Virus record (IMG/VR): IMGVR_UViG_3300037467_000252
Span: 1-44,342 of that record
Source of the DNA: a virus
Length of the DNA stretch: 44,342 nucleotides
Strand: one strand, 5' to 3'
Below, piece after piece: positions 4,801 through 12,604 of this stretch. How positions within the stretch are numbered: position 1 is the stretch's first letter; each line of letters starts with the position of its first letter. The position numbers and the translations under genes are program-made. The notes beneath the pieces were generated by a model. The model was given only the letters and a program-made list of their open reading frames with translations. It ran no database searches and was not told the origin of the DNA.

Positions 4801-5835
4801 ATGGCGACCCAGAGAGGATCGTCCTGGCAGGGGACGGTCTACCACAAGGATCTACCTGCCGGCCGCGCTCGTCGCAACTTCGAGACCAAGCGCGATGCCG
4901 AGGCCTGGGAGCACGAGAGCAAGGCCCGCCTCATGAGGGGTGAGCCCATCGACATGGGGGAGGGGCACAAGGCCGGGCAGGCTCGCAAGGCCGGTCAGCC
5001 CTACACCCTCCGCGAGCTGGTCGAGCACGTCGCTCACACCCGCTGGAAGAAGACGAGCGCCGGCATCCGGCAGCACCGGAACGCCGAGCTGATCGCGGCC
5101 ATCATCGGCCCCAACAAGCCCATCTCCGCGGTCACCAAGGTGGACGTGGACAAGGCCCGCGGCCAGCTCCTCCAGGAGGGCAACTCGCCGGCCACGGTGA
5201 ACCGCAAGGTGGCCGCGCTCTCCACGTGCCTGTCCGAGGCTGTCGAGAGCGGCATCATCCAGGCCAAGCCCAAGATGGCGAAGTACAAGGAGAGCGAGCA
5301 CCGCATCCGCCGGTTCACCCCGGAGGAGGAGGCCTTCGCCCTCTCGTTCTTCGAGCGCATGAGCGAGCCTGACATGGCCGACTACGTGGCCCTGTCCCTC
5401 GATACCGGCATGCGCCAGGGCGAGGTGCTCAACCTCCGCTTCCAGGACTGCGACACCGATAAGGCCACGGTATGGGGCACAGGAGCCAAGTCAGGGCGCA
5501 CGAGGAGCATTCCCCTCACCAAGCGCGCGAAGGCCGTCCTGGAGCGCCGTAGGGCAGGGAAGAGGCCTTCTGATCGCGTCTTCGAGGGCTGGGACCGGTA
5601 CGGCCTGGACCGGCACTGGACGAAGCTCCGGGAGGCCCTGCACCTGACGGACGATGCCCAGTTCGTGCCCCACGTCCTGCGTCACGAGTTCTGCTCGCGG
5701 CTCGCGGACAAGGGCCTGAACGCGGCGGTGATCCAGCAGCTCGCCGGCCACTCGACGCTCGCCATCACGCAACGGTACATTCACGTGAAGGCCGAGCATC
5801 TGGTCAGGGCCATTAGGGAGCTTGAAGCGGCATGA
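4801..5835 (+). CDS. int: Tyrosine recombinase / phage integrase
   Basis: C-terminal catalytic region HVLRHEFCSRLADKGLN...LAGHSTLAITQRYIH carries the R, H-x-x-R and Y signature. The protein has an N-terminal SAM-like core-binding region. Confidence 0.9.
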   Translation: MATQRGSSWQGTVYHKDLPAGRARRNFETKRDAEAWEHESKARLMRGEPIDMGEGHKAGQARKAGQPYTLRELVEHVAHTRWKKTSAGIRQHRNAELIAAIIGPNKPISAVTKVDVDKARGQLLQEGNSPATVNRKVAALSTCLSEAVESGIIQAKPKMAKYKESEHRIRRFTPEEEAFALSFFERMSEPDMADYVALSLDTGMRQGEVLNLRFQDCDTDKATVWGTGAKSGRTRSIPLTKRAKAVLERRRAGKRPSDRVFEGWDRYGLDRHWTKLREALHLTDDAQFVPHVLRHEFCSRLADKGLNAAVIQQLAGHSTLAITQRYIHVKAEHLVRAIRELEAA

Positions 5836-6533
5836 GTACGGTCACATTCGCGTCGCTGCTCAAGCCGTTCATGCCGGAAGTTGAGGAGGAGCTGGGAGGG
5901 GCGGGACCCGCGAGGGACTTCCTCTACGCCCAGGCCTTCAGGCAGATGATCAAGGATGGCCCCTACGTGTGGGAGATGTCGCCCGAGGAGCGCACTGCCC
6001 TGGCGGCTCAGTTCTACGAGGAGTTCGCTGCTGCGGACGAGGAAGGCCAGGAGCACATGATGATGATCGTGTGCGAGACCCTGGAGTGGATCAATCAAAC
6101 GATGGGTCCGCGGAAGCCGGCCATCATAGTGGAGGCACGCGAGAGGCCGCCTGACGACTTCGACGTGGTTGAGCTAACCACGGCTATTAGCGAGCGGAAC
6201 GAGGCCGAACGGAAGGCTCGCAGGAACGAGCTTCAGCGGGCACGCCGGAAGCGCAAGGCCGAGGCGAAGGCACGGCAGAAGCAGCTGGATGCTGGCCGGG
6301 CGAAGTGGCTGACGGCGCTTCGCTCGAAGCTGACCACCGAGGATCTCAAGGGCTGGCTCTCCGAGACGAAGCCGTATGTCGTTATGGATGCCTGTTCCTC
6401 GGCCGCCTGGGACCAGATCAAGCCGTGGTCCGCGATCACTGCGTGGGCCGAGGCCCGCAAGCGGGAAGAGGAGATTGCGGACGAGATCGTGCTCTTCCTC
6501 AACGGCCATGGCACTCGGAACTCGGACGAATAA
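5832..6533 (+). CDS. Hypothetical protein (233 aa) translationally coupled to int
   Basis: ATGA overlap with the int stop. Acidic N-terminal half and a basic coiled-coil-like middle (RKARRNELQRARRKRKAEAKARQKQ). Confidence 0.6.
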   Translation: MSTVTFASLLKPFMPEVEEELGGAGPARDFLYAQAFRQMIKDGPYVWEMSPEERTALAAQFYEEFAAADEEGQEHMMMIVCETLEWINQTMGPRKPAIIVEARERPPDDFDVVELTTAISERNEAERKARRNELQRARRKRKAEAKARQKQLDAGRAKWLTALRSKLTTEDLKGWLSETKPYVVMDACSSAAWDQIKPWSAITAWAEARKREEEIADEIVLFLNGHGTRNSDE

Positions 6534-6736
6534 AGAGACTAGTCTCATGCGCTAGGTTGTGGCGGAAACCACCGCCACAGCCACACCACAAGGTCCAAGT
6601 GTTAACCACCGGTGCATACGTTTCCCCTGCAACATCAAGGTGTTGCACGGCAAATGCAACCAACCGAGGAGACTTAAAAGCCCACCGACGCACTTTCCAT
6701 CATCGCAGAACAACCTGATCTGTCAGGTTTTGGAAG

Positions 6737-6772
6737 CCCGAGACGCTCTGTGCGCTCTCGGGTTTTCTGTTT
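6737..6772 (+). terminator. Intrinsic terminator (CCCGAGACGC-UCUGU-GCGCUCUCGGG followed by UUUUCUGUUU)
   Basis: A 7+3 bp G+C-rich stem with one bulge is followed by a T-rich tract. Confidence 0.6.
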
Positions 6773-6775
6773 CGC

Positions 6776-6804
6776 TTGACCTTTCCACCATCGCATTGTA
6801 TTCC
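6776..6804 (+). promoter_or_regulatory. Candidate host sigma70-type promoter TTGACC-N17-TATTCC
   Basis: It lies directly after the terminator and upstream of the kinase/RNAP block, which host RNAP must transcribe. The -10 element is only a partial match. Confidence 0.35.
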
Positions 6805-6888
6805 GCTCTCACGCCACGCGGTGGCGCCGCCACGCGCAATTTGGTGGCGGTGAGGGCGGCAATTTCTGCCACCGATAGGAGACGCACC

Positions 6889-7800
6889 ATGGCCCAGTTC
6901 AAGGAACCCGGTTTCAAGACCCGTCAGGCCCAGCGTGACGCTGCCCGCGGCATCAAGGCCGTCCCGTGCCTGCCCATGAAGCATGGCCTCACGAGCTGGA
7001 TGGCGCGTGAGCTGCGGGACATCGCCAAGGCCAACCCATGCCGCGAGCTGGCCTTCGGCCGAGGCATCGTGTCGAAGATCAACGACGATCCGTTCCGTCT
7101 GCCCGGCCACAAGGCCCGCATGGAGGGTCCGAAGCGGGCTCGTCCGAAGCAGCTCTGGGACAACTTCGACACCCACAAGCCGCGTGGCTGGCGCACCGTC
7201 TTCCGCGACAGCTACCGCTACACGCGCCGCCTGGAGGCCCACGGCTGGCATCCGCTCGGCTCGGGCTTCTACAGCACCGTCCTGGGCAAGCCGGGGTGCG
7301 ACAAAGTGATCAAGATCTGCCGGAACGGCGGTGACGATGCCTACCCGATGTTCGCGGCGTGGTGCGTCCAGAACCCGAGCCCGTACCTGCCCCGCATCCA
7401 CTCGTTCAAGCGCCACAACGGCTTCTACGTGGTGGTCCTGGACCGGCTGGCGAAGACCACGGCGCAGGCTCACCCGAACACCGGCTGGTCGCAGACCACG
7501 GACATGATCCAGGGCTACGCCCGCGGCCACGAGTTCAACGGCATGCGCAAGGTGTTCCTCAACTCGGTCTGGAACGAGCTGCCGGGCCTCAAGGAGGTGG
7601 TGGACCGCTTCGTGGAGGAGTTCCGCGGGCAGGCCTCCTTCGACATGCACGACGGCAACTGGATGCTGACCGAGGACGGCAAGCTGGTCATGACCGATCC
7701 GCTGGCTGGGACGAACACCGACAAGGCCAGCGAGCGCAACTCTAGCGTCAAGCGCATCCGGGGCGGCGCTCTCAGGGCCGCAGTGCGTCTTGCTGCCTGA
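6889..7800 (+). CDS. T7 gp0.7-like serine/threonine protein kinase
   Basis: Internal ATG of ORF 6559..7800 with AGGAGA upstream. LGSGFYSTV...VIKICRNGGDDAY...RHNGFYVVVLDRLAKT and ASFDMHDGNWML...VMTDP parallel my recollection of T7 gp0.7 (LGNGHFSAAY, VIKVGFKKEDSGAAY, RHAGCYTVVLDAL, ASFDMHSGNIMF, ITDP). Confidence 0.8.
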   Translation: MAQFKEPGFKTRQAQRDAARGIKAVPCLPMKHGLTSWMARELRDIAKANPCRELAFGRGIVSKINDDPFRLPGHKARMEGPKRARPKQLWDNFDTHKPRGWRTVFRDSYRYTRRLEAHGWHPLGSGFYSTVLGKPGCDKVIKICRNGGDDAYPMFAAWCVQNPSPYLPRIHSFKRHNGFYVVVLDRLAKTTAQAHPNTGWSQTTDMIQGYARGHEFNGMRKVFLNSVWNELPGLKEVVDRFVEEFRGQASFDMHDGNWMLTEDGKLVMTDPLAGTNTDKASERNSSVKRIRGGALRAAVRLAA

Positions 7801-7802
7801 AA

Positions 7803-7820
7803 CTATGCACCATAGGGAAC
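7803..7820 (+). promoter_or_regulatory. CTATSCACC-family motif (CTATGCACCATAGGGAAC), the most T7-promoter-like copy
   Basis: CACCATAGGGAAC 7808-7820 matches the T7 consensus CACTATAGGGAGA at 10 of 13 positions. Confidence 0.5.
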
Positions 7821-7827
7821 CATTTCG

Positions 7828-8400
7828 ATGATCGTAAACAGCCAAACCTTCCACACCACCCTGAAGGGCAAGCCCATCAGCTTCGAGGTCCGCTCGGTCA
7901 CGATCGACGGACAGCCCTGGCTCTCGATGTTCGACGTGTGCTTCGCCGCCGACATCTTCCTGAAGCGGGACAAGGACTACCCGACCGTGGACAGCACGGA
8001 CGTGAAGGCCAACAGCCCCGCGGGGAGCTGGCGGCTGATCAAGGGCATCCAGAAGCGCGGTCCCGGCCTGATCATGCTGCGCCGTGATGCGGTCGAGCGC
8101 ATCCTGGAGCTGTCGTTCCGCCACTACGCCGATGAGTTCAAGGCGTGGATCACGGAGACCTTCTACACCGTCCGCACCGAGTTCATGAACGACTGGCTGG
8201 CCGCTCGGGGCCTCAACTGGTCGCTCGCCAAGTGCCAGCGGTTCGGTGTCATGGCCACGTTCCGAGCCCAGAAGCTCGGCGTGAAGCTGACCCACAAGGC
8301 CACGGCTGTCGTGTCCGGTGGCAAGCTCGTGGACACTCGCCTCGTTGAGTGGCCGATTGGCTTTCTCGACCAAGCACTTAGCGAGTTCTCGGGCCAATAA
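7828..8400 (+). CDS. Bro-N-like DNA-binding domain protein
   Basis: The N-terminal FEVRSVTIDGQPWLSMFDVCFAADI resembles the Bro-N/KilA-type fold signature. The assignment is tentative. Confidence 0.5.
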   Translation: MIVNSQTFHTTLKGKPISFEVRSVTIDGQPWLSMFDVCFAADIFLKRDKDYPTVDSTDVKANSPAGSWRLIKGIQKRGPGLIMLRRDAVERILELSFRHYADEFKAWITETFYTVRTEFMNDWLAARGLNWSLAKCQRFGVMATFRAQKLGVKLTHKATAVVSGGKLVDTRLVEWPIGFLDQALSEFSGQ

Positions 8401-8418
8401 CCAGGACCACTCGGGATG
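8401..8418 (+). promoter_or_regulatory. CCAGGACCA-family motif, variant (CCAGGACCACTCGGGATG)
   Basis: It shares CCAGGACCAC with the copies at 22665 and 44031. Confidence 0.35.
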
Positions 8419-8449
8419 CTCCTAAACGATGCCCGAAGTGTGTCCTGAA

Positions 8450-8467
8450 CGATGCACCCTAGGAATG
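8450..8467 (+). promoter_or_regulatory. CTATSCACC-family motif variant (CGATGCACCCTAGGAATG)
   Basis: Intergenic, about 36 nt upstream of the RNAP ATG. Confidence 0.4.
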
Positions 8468-8502
8468 ATCCTTATCAACGACCACGCATAGACGAGGTAC
8501 TT

Positions 8503-11010
8503 ATGTTGACCATTGAAGAGGCCATGAAGCTCCCGAACTGGGAGAAGCAAGTGGAACTGGAGACTGACATGCGGTCTCTGGGCATCGAGAAGTTCCGCAA
8601 AGCTGCGGAGAAGGCCAAGGAGAAGGGTCAGGAGACCCGGATGGCTCCAGTTCGTCGGATGATGATGGACTGCCACGAGAAGATGCTGGCTGCTCTCCAC
8701 GAGTTCTACGCTGAAGTGGAGGCCAAGAAGGCTGGTCGGAAGCACAGCGCCTATCCGTACCTGAAGGGCATCGACCACGACGATCTGGTCGCCCACGTCA
8801 CGTGCAAGGTGATCCTGGACGTGGCCGTGCAGCGCAAGAGCCTGTCCCACGTCGCGGTCATGATCGCGGAGATGCTGGAGGACGAGTGCAACTTCCGCCT
8901 GTTCAAGGAGCAGCACACCGCCGGCTACCTGAAGGCCGTGTCCCGCGTGAAGGACAAGACCAACGAGCGGTACAAGCGCCGGTCGGTGAAGGCCACCGCC
9001 TCGAAGCTGGGCGTCAACCTCCTGGAGTGGCCCAAGCGGGACATGATCCTGGTCGGCTCGAAGCTGATCGAGATGTTCGTGGAGGCGACCCACTGCGCCC
9101 GTGTGGTCGATGGGATCGGCAACCGGAAGGTGGTCGAGAGCGTGCCTGAGGCCCGTGCCTGGATCGAGGAGGAGAGCCGGCGCTGTGAGCTGCTGACCCC
9201 GCAGTTCATGCCCTGCGTGATCCCCCCGAAGCCTTGGACGACCCCCTACGATGGCGGCTACTGGACCGGCCGGGCGCGCAAGCTGGTGCTCGTGAAGAGC
9301 CCGAACCGGGCCTACCTGGAGGATCTGGCCGACCGGCCCATGCCGATCGTCTACGAAGCCGTCAACGCGCTCCAGAACACCGGCTGGACGATCAACCCGA
9401 TGGTCCTGGAGGTCATGACCTACCTCTTCGAGCGGAACTCCCGCTGCGGTGTGGTTCCGCAGATCAAGCCCGAGAAGGAGCCTAACAAGCCCCTGTGGCT
9501 GGTCGAGGGGCTGAAGAAGGAGGACATGACCCCCGAGCAGCTCGAAGAGTTCATCGCCTGGAAGAGCCGGGCCACCGAGGTGATCGAAAAGAACGCCGAG
9601 CAGCTCTCCAAGAGCAAGGCCTTCAACTCGATGCTGGGCGTGGCCAAGCGGTTCAAGGACGAGCCCGCCTTCTACTACCCCTACCAGCTCGACTGGCGCG
9701 GCAGGGCCTACCCCGTGGGCCTGTACCTCCAGCCGCAGGGCAACGACGCCCAGCGTGGCCTGCTCCAGTTCGCTGACTTCGTGGCGATCGAGGACCAGGA
9801 GGCTGCGAACTGGCTGATGATCCACGGCGCAGGACTGTGGGGCAAGGACAAGGGCTCCTTCGAGGACCGCATCGAGTGGATCAAGCAGCACGAGGAGCAG
9901 ATCTTGGCCTCCGCGGCTGACCCGTATGAGAACCGCTTCTGGATGTACGAGGAGAAGGACGGCAAGATGGAAGACAACGAGAAGGCTTGGCAGGCCCTGG
10001 CGTTCTGCTTCGACTACGCTGGCTTCGTGCGTGAGGGCTTCGGATACATGAGCCGTCTGCCGATCCAGATGGACGGGACTTGCAACGGCATCCAAAATTT
10101 CTCGGCTATGCTGCTCGATGCCCGCGGCGGTGCTGCGGTCAACCTCGTCCCGGCTGACAAGCCCCAGGACATCTACTCCGAGGTCATGGAGGTGGTGAAG
10201 AAGCGGGTCGCGGAGGATGCTGCCGGTGGTGGCAAGCCCGAGCACCAGCCCCTGGCGGCTATGTGGGTCGGCAACATCGTCCGCAAGACGGTCAAGCGGC
10301 CCGTCATGACCCTGGCCTACGGCGCCAAGCGGTTCGGCTTCACCGACATGGTGATGCAGGACACGGTGCGCGTCTGGAAGAAGGAGCGTCCCGAGACGTA
10401 TCCCTTCGGCACGCAGGGGTTCCAGGCTGCGCAGTACCTGGGTGGCTGCATCTGGGAGGCTGTGCAGGAGGTCGTGGTCGCCGCTGCGGAGGCCATGCGC
10501 TGGCTCCAGGACGTAGCCCGCATCGTCTCGAAGGAGGCTCTGCCGATCTACTGGACCACGCCCACGGGCCTGCTCGTCCTCCAGCAGTACAAGCTGCGGG
10601 ACATGAAGAACATCCTGATGACGTTCCAGAAGGTCGTGATCCAGGTGAAGGTGGACAAAGGATCAGACAAGCTGGACAGCAAGAAACAGGCATCCGGCAT
10701 CGCACCGAACTGGGTCCATAGTCTGGATGCCAGCCACATGATGCTGACTATTCGTGCCGCAATGCATGCAGGGGTGCATAGTTTCTCTTTCATCCACGAC
10801 AGCTACGGCACCCACGCGGGCAACACGGCGAAGCTCGCGCGCATCCTGCGGGAGGAGTTCGTGAAGATGTACGGGGGCGAGTGCGTCCTGGAGCGGTTCC
10901 GTGCCGACCTCCAGGCCATGCTGCCCGAGGGCGTTCAGCTCCCACCGGTGCCGACCAAAGGCTCGCTGGACCTGAACCAAGTGCTTGAGAGCAAATTCTT
11001 TTTTGCCTGA
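8503..11010 (+). CDS. T7-like single-subunit DNA-directed RNA polymerase
   Basis: PIQMDGTCNGIQNFSAMLLD, FIHDSYGTH and the C-terminal FFFA match T7 RNAP motifs (DGSCSGIQHFSAML, HDSFGT, FAFA). ATG 8503 has GAGG upstream. The longer track start at 8452 would overlap the intergenic motif. Confidence 0.95.
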   Translation: MLTIEEAMKLPNWEKQVELETDMRSLGIEKFRKAAEKAKEKGQETRMAPVRRMMMDCHEKMLAALHEFYAEVEAKKAGRKHSAYPYLKGIDHDDLVAHVTCKVILDVAVQRKSLSHVAVMIAEMLEDECNFRLFKEQHTAGYLKAVSRVKDKTNERYKRRSVKATASKLGVNLLEWPKRDMILVGSKLIEMFVEATHCARVVDGIGNRKVVESVPEARAWIEEESRRCELLTPQFMPCVIPPKPWTTPYDGGYWTGRARKLVLVKSPNRAYLEDLADRPMPIVYEAVNALQNTGWTINPMVLEVMTYLFERNSRCGVVPQIKPEKEPNKPLWLVEGLKKEDMTPEQLEEFIAWKSRATEVIEKNAEQLSKSKAFNSMLGVAKRFKDEPAFYYPYQLDWRGRAYPVGLYLQPQGNDAQRGLLQFADFVAIEDQEAANWLMIHGAGLWGKDKGSFEDRIEWIKQHEEQILASAADPYENRFWMYEEKDGKMEDNEKAWQALAFCFDYAGFVREGFGYMSRLPIQMDGTCNGIQNFSAMLLDARGGAAVNLVPADKPQDIYSEVMEVVKKRVAEDAAGGGKPEHQPLAAMWVGNIVRKTVKRPVMTLAYGAKRFGFTDMVMQDTVRVWKKERPETYPFGTQGFQAAQYLGGCIWEAVQEVVVAAAEAMRWLQDVARIVSKEALPIYWTTPTGLLVLQQYKLRDMKNILMTFQKVVIQVKVDKGSDKLDSKKQASGIAPNWVHSLDASHMMLTIRAAMHAGVHSFSFIHDSYGTHAGNTAKLARILREEFVKMYGGECVLERFRADLQAMLPEGVQLPPVPTKGSLDLNQVLESKFFFA

Positions 11011-11012
11011 AC

Positions 11013-11030
11013 CTATGCACCCCCGGAACA
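11013..11030 (+). promoter_or_regulatory. CTATSCACC-family motif (CTATGCACCCCCGGAACA)
   Basis: It lies directly after the RNAP stop. Confidence 0.5.
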
Positions 11031-11041
11031 CAATCCGGGGG
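11020..11041 (+). other. 8-bp G+C hairpin CCCCCGGA-ACACAA-TCCGGGGG
   Basis: Perfect inverted repeat with no following T-tract. It overlaps the 3' half of the motif at 11013. Confidence 0.6.
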
Positions 11042-11047
11042 CAATCA

Positions 11048-11067
11048 CCAGGACCAATAGGAAATCC
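11048..11067 (+). promoter_or_regulatory. CCAGGACCA-family motif (CCAGGACCAATAGGAAATCC)
   Basis: One of five near-identical 20-mers. Confidence 0.5.
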
Positions 11068-11081
11068 AAGGGAACACCGAC

Positions 11082-11231
11082 ATGCCCAACCTCGACCAGA
11101 CCGACACCTCCGCTCTCGCCCAGGCCATCACGATCTGGCGTGCCAAACGCCGCATCAGCACCGTCCTGTACGCCCAGCTCGTGGAGCAGGGCTACGACGT
11201 GCCGGCCCTTGAGCGGTTCTACACCCGATGA
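11082..11231 (+). CDS. Hypothetical small protein (49 aa)
   Basis: Hand-translated as MPNLDQTDTSALAQAITIWRAKRRISTVLYAQLVEQGYDVPALERFYTR. AAGGGA lies upstream. Confidence 0.4.
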   Translation: MPNLDQTDTSALAQAITIWRAKRRISTVLYAQLVEQGYDVPALERFYTR

Positions 11232-11389
11232 GGTTCCAGTTCCGGCCCTACCGAAAGGGCTACATCCTCACCGCCTCTGACGGCCTGAAGATCGCCACGG
11301 TCTTCATCGTCCGGCCCCTCCTGCTGCTCCGTCTGGAGCTGCGCCGGATCTACCGCAAGGAGCTGATGGACCAGCTCAAGCGGCAATAA
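11228..11389 (+). CDS. Hypothetical small protein (53 aa)
   Basis: ATGA overlap with the previous ORF. Translation starts MRFQFRPYRKGYILTASDGLKIATVFIVRPLLLLRLELRR. Confidence 0.4.
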   Translation: MRFQFRPYRKGYILTASDGLKIATVFIVRPLLLLRLELRRIYRKELMDQLKRQ

Positions 11390-11390
11390 G

Positions 11391-11410
11391 CAGGACCAAT
11401 AGGAAACCCC
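11391..11410 (+). promoter_or_regulatory. CCAGGACCA-family motif (CAGGACCAATAGGAAACCCC)
   Basis: Conserved 20-mer whose 3' end runs into the terminator stem. Confidence 0.5.
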
Positions 11411-11436
11411 CGCGCCTCGCTGGCCGGGGGCTTTTT
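11407..11436 (+). terminator. Intrinsic terminator (CCCCCG..GCC-UCGCU-GGC.CGGGGG followed by C-UUUUU)
   Basis: 6+3 bp stem with one bulge, followed by T5. Confidence 0.65.
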
Positions 11437-11450
11437 CCGTTTCAGCCAAC

Positions 11451-11468
11451 CTATCCACTCCCGGAAAC
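11451..11468 (+). promoter_or_regulatory. CTATSCACC-family motif (CTATCCACTCCCGGAAAC)
   Basis: It ends 4 nt before the SSB ATG. Confidence 0.5.
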
Positions 11469-11472
11469 CATC

Positions 11473-12225
11473 ATGGCACAGAAAAGCAACCGCCCGAAGA
11501 TGATCGTGAAGACCAGCCCGAAGGGCGTGTTCGTCTTCCCCAAGCTCAACGAACCTGACTACGGCTCTAAGGACTACCCGGTCCCTGCGGGTCAGTACGT
11601 CACCCGCGTCCGTGTCCAGCAGAACGACCCGAAGGTCCAGGCCTTCATCAAGGACATGGAGAAGGTGCTCGATGAGGCCCGGCAGAACGCCGAGGCCAAG
11701 CTGAAGGAGATGAAGGTCCCGGCTCGCAAGAAGCTGGAAGCTGCCAATGGCGGCAACGGTCTCAAGGCCAACCCGCTCTACACCGTCATCTACGACGAGG
11801 AGACCGAGGAGCCCACGGGCGAGATCGAGTTCAAGTTCCAGATGCCGGCGACCGTCGAGATCAAGAAGGGTCCGAAGGCCGGCAAGAAGCTCACCTTCAA
11901 GCCCATCATCGCGGACGCCCGCGGCCTGCCGATCCCGGCCTCCAAGTTGCCCCCGATCTGGGGCGGCACGGTCGGCATCGTGTCCTTCGAGTACGCCGAG
12001 GGCGGCTACTTCGTGGAGGGCTCGGGCCTGTACGGCGTGAAGATGCGGCTGCTCGGCGTCCAGATCCTGGAGCTGAAGAGCGGCGGTGAGCGCAGCGCGG
12101 CCAGCCTCGGCTTCACCCAGCAGGAGGGCCTGAACGCGGACGATCTGGAGGACCGCGAGGACACCAGCAGCGACGACGACAACGAGGACAATGCCGAGAC
12201 CGACGCGCCCGAAGAGGACTTCTAA
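11473..12225 (+). CDS. gp2.5-like single-stranded DNA-binding protein
   Basis: Position matches T7 gp2.5. The acidic C-terminal tail ends in Phe (DDDNEDNAETDAPEEDF), the gp2.5 hallmark. Confidence 0.8.
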   Translation: MAQKSNRPKMIVKTSPKGVFVFPKLNEPDYGSKDYPVPAGQYVTRVRVQQNDPKVQAFIKDMEKVLDEARQNAEAKLKEMKVPARKKLEAANGGNGLKANPLYTVIYDEETEEPTGEIEFKFQMPATVEIKKGPKAGKKLTFKPIIADARGLPIPASKLPPIWGGTVGIVSFEYAEGGYFVEGSGLYGVKMRLLGVQILELKSGGERSAASLGFTQQEGLNADDLEDREDTSSDDDNEDNAETDAPEEDF

Positions 12226-12604
12226 TCAGCGGGCGCTGGTCGAGGGTTACCGGAGCGGCCTGGAGGACGCCAACGCGGCGCACCTCCGGGCGCACGGCAT
12301 CGACCCGAAGTACGAGACCATCAAGATCCCGTACACCCAGCCCGCCAAGAAGCGGACCTACACCCCGGACTTTCCCGAGCTGCCCACCGGCATCATCGTG
12401 GAGACCAAAGGCCGGTTCACCGCTGAAGACCGCCAGAAGCATCTGTGGATCAAGGAACAGTATCCGCAGCTCGACATCCGCTTCGTCTTCAGCAACTCCC
12501 GAACAAAACTCAGGAAAGGAAGCCCGACCACCTACGGAGACTGGTGCAAGAAGAACGGCTTTCTGTTCGCTGACAAGCTAATACCAGAGAGCTGGATGAA
12601 ATGA
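12191..12604 (+). CDS. T7 gp3-like endonuclease I (Holliday junction resolvase)
   Basis: YRSGLED, TYTPDF, VETKG, DIRFVFSNSRTKLRKGSPTTYGDWC and FADKLIPESW align with my recollection of T7 endonuclease I. Confidence 0.9.
   Translation: MPRPTRPKRTSNQRALVEGYRSGLEDANAAHLRAHGIDPKYETIKIPYTQPAKKRTYTPDFPELPTGIIVETKGRFTAEDRQKHLWIKEQYPQLDIRFVFSNSRTKLRKGSPTTYGDWCKKNGFLFADKLIPESWMK

Larger units (their letters stand above)
4681..5835. mobile_element. Integration module: tRNA-Leu (candidate attP) plus tyrosine integrase
   Basis: An int gene next to a tRNA sequence is the classical layout of tRNA-targeting temperate elements. Confidence 0.55.
6559..6850 (+). repeat. Hairpins built from the same 7-mer GTGGCGG/CCGCCAC
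   Basis: GTGGCGG 6559-6565 pairs with CCGCCAC 6572-6578. CGCCAC 6812-6817 pairs with GTGGCG 6821-6826. CCGCCAC 6827-6833 pairs with GTGGCGG 6844-6850. A 12-bp palindrome GAGACTAGTCTC lies at 6535-6546. Confidence 0.7.

Noticed and set aside
6559-6888. 5' extension of the kinase ORF. Analogous 5' extensions occur at 841-930, 1852-1914, 3031-3060, 8452-8502, 31208-31267 and 34766-34795.
   Set aside because: The extensions run through terminators, hairpins, ribozyme motifs or conserved intergenic motifs and lack Shine-Dalgarno sequences. Internal starts with good SD sequences give N-termini that fit the protein families.
6700-8397. 565-aa minus-strand ORF. Similar long minus-strand ORFs occur at 8422-10245, 13607-15142, 27103-28128, 28770-29792, 32389-33591, 35504-36679, 40126-41400 and 42671-43957.
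   Set aside because: Each lies antisense to a + strand gene with a clearly recognisable product, such as the kinase, RNAP, primase-helicase, capsid or terminase. Their translations are Arg/Gly/Ala/Leu/Val/Asp-rich low-information strings typical of stop-poor shadow frames in high-G+C DNA.
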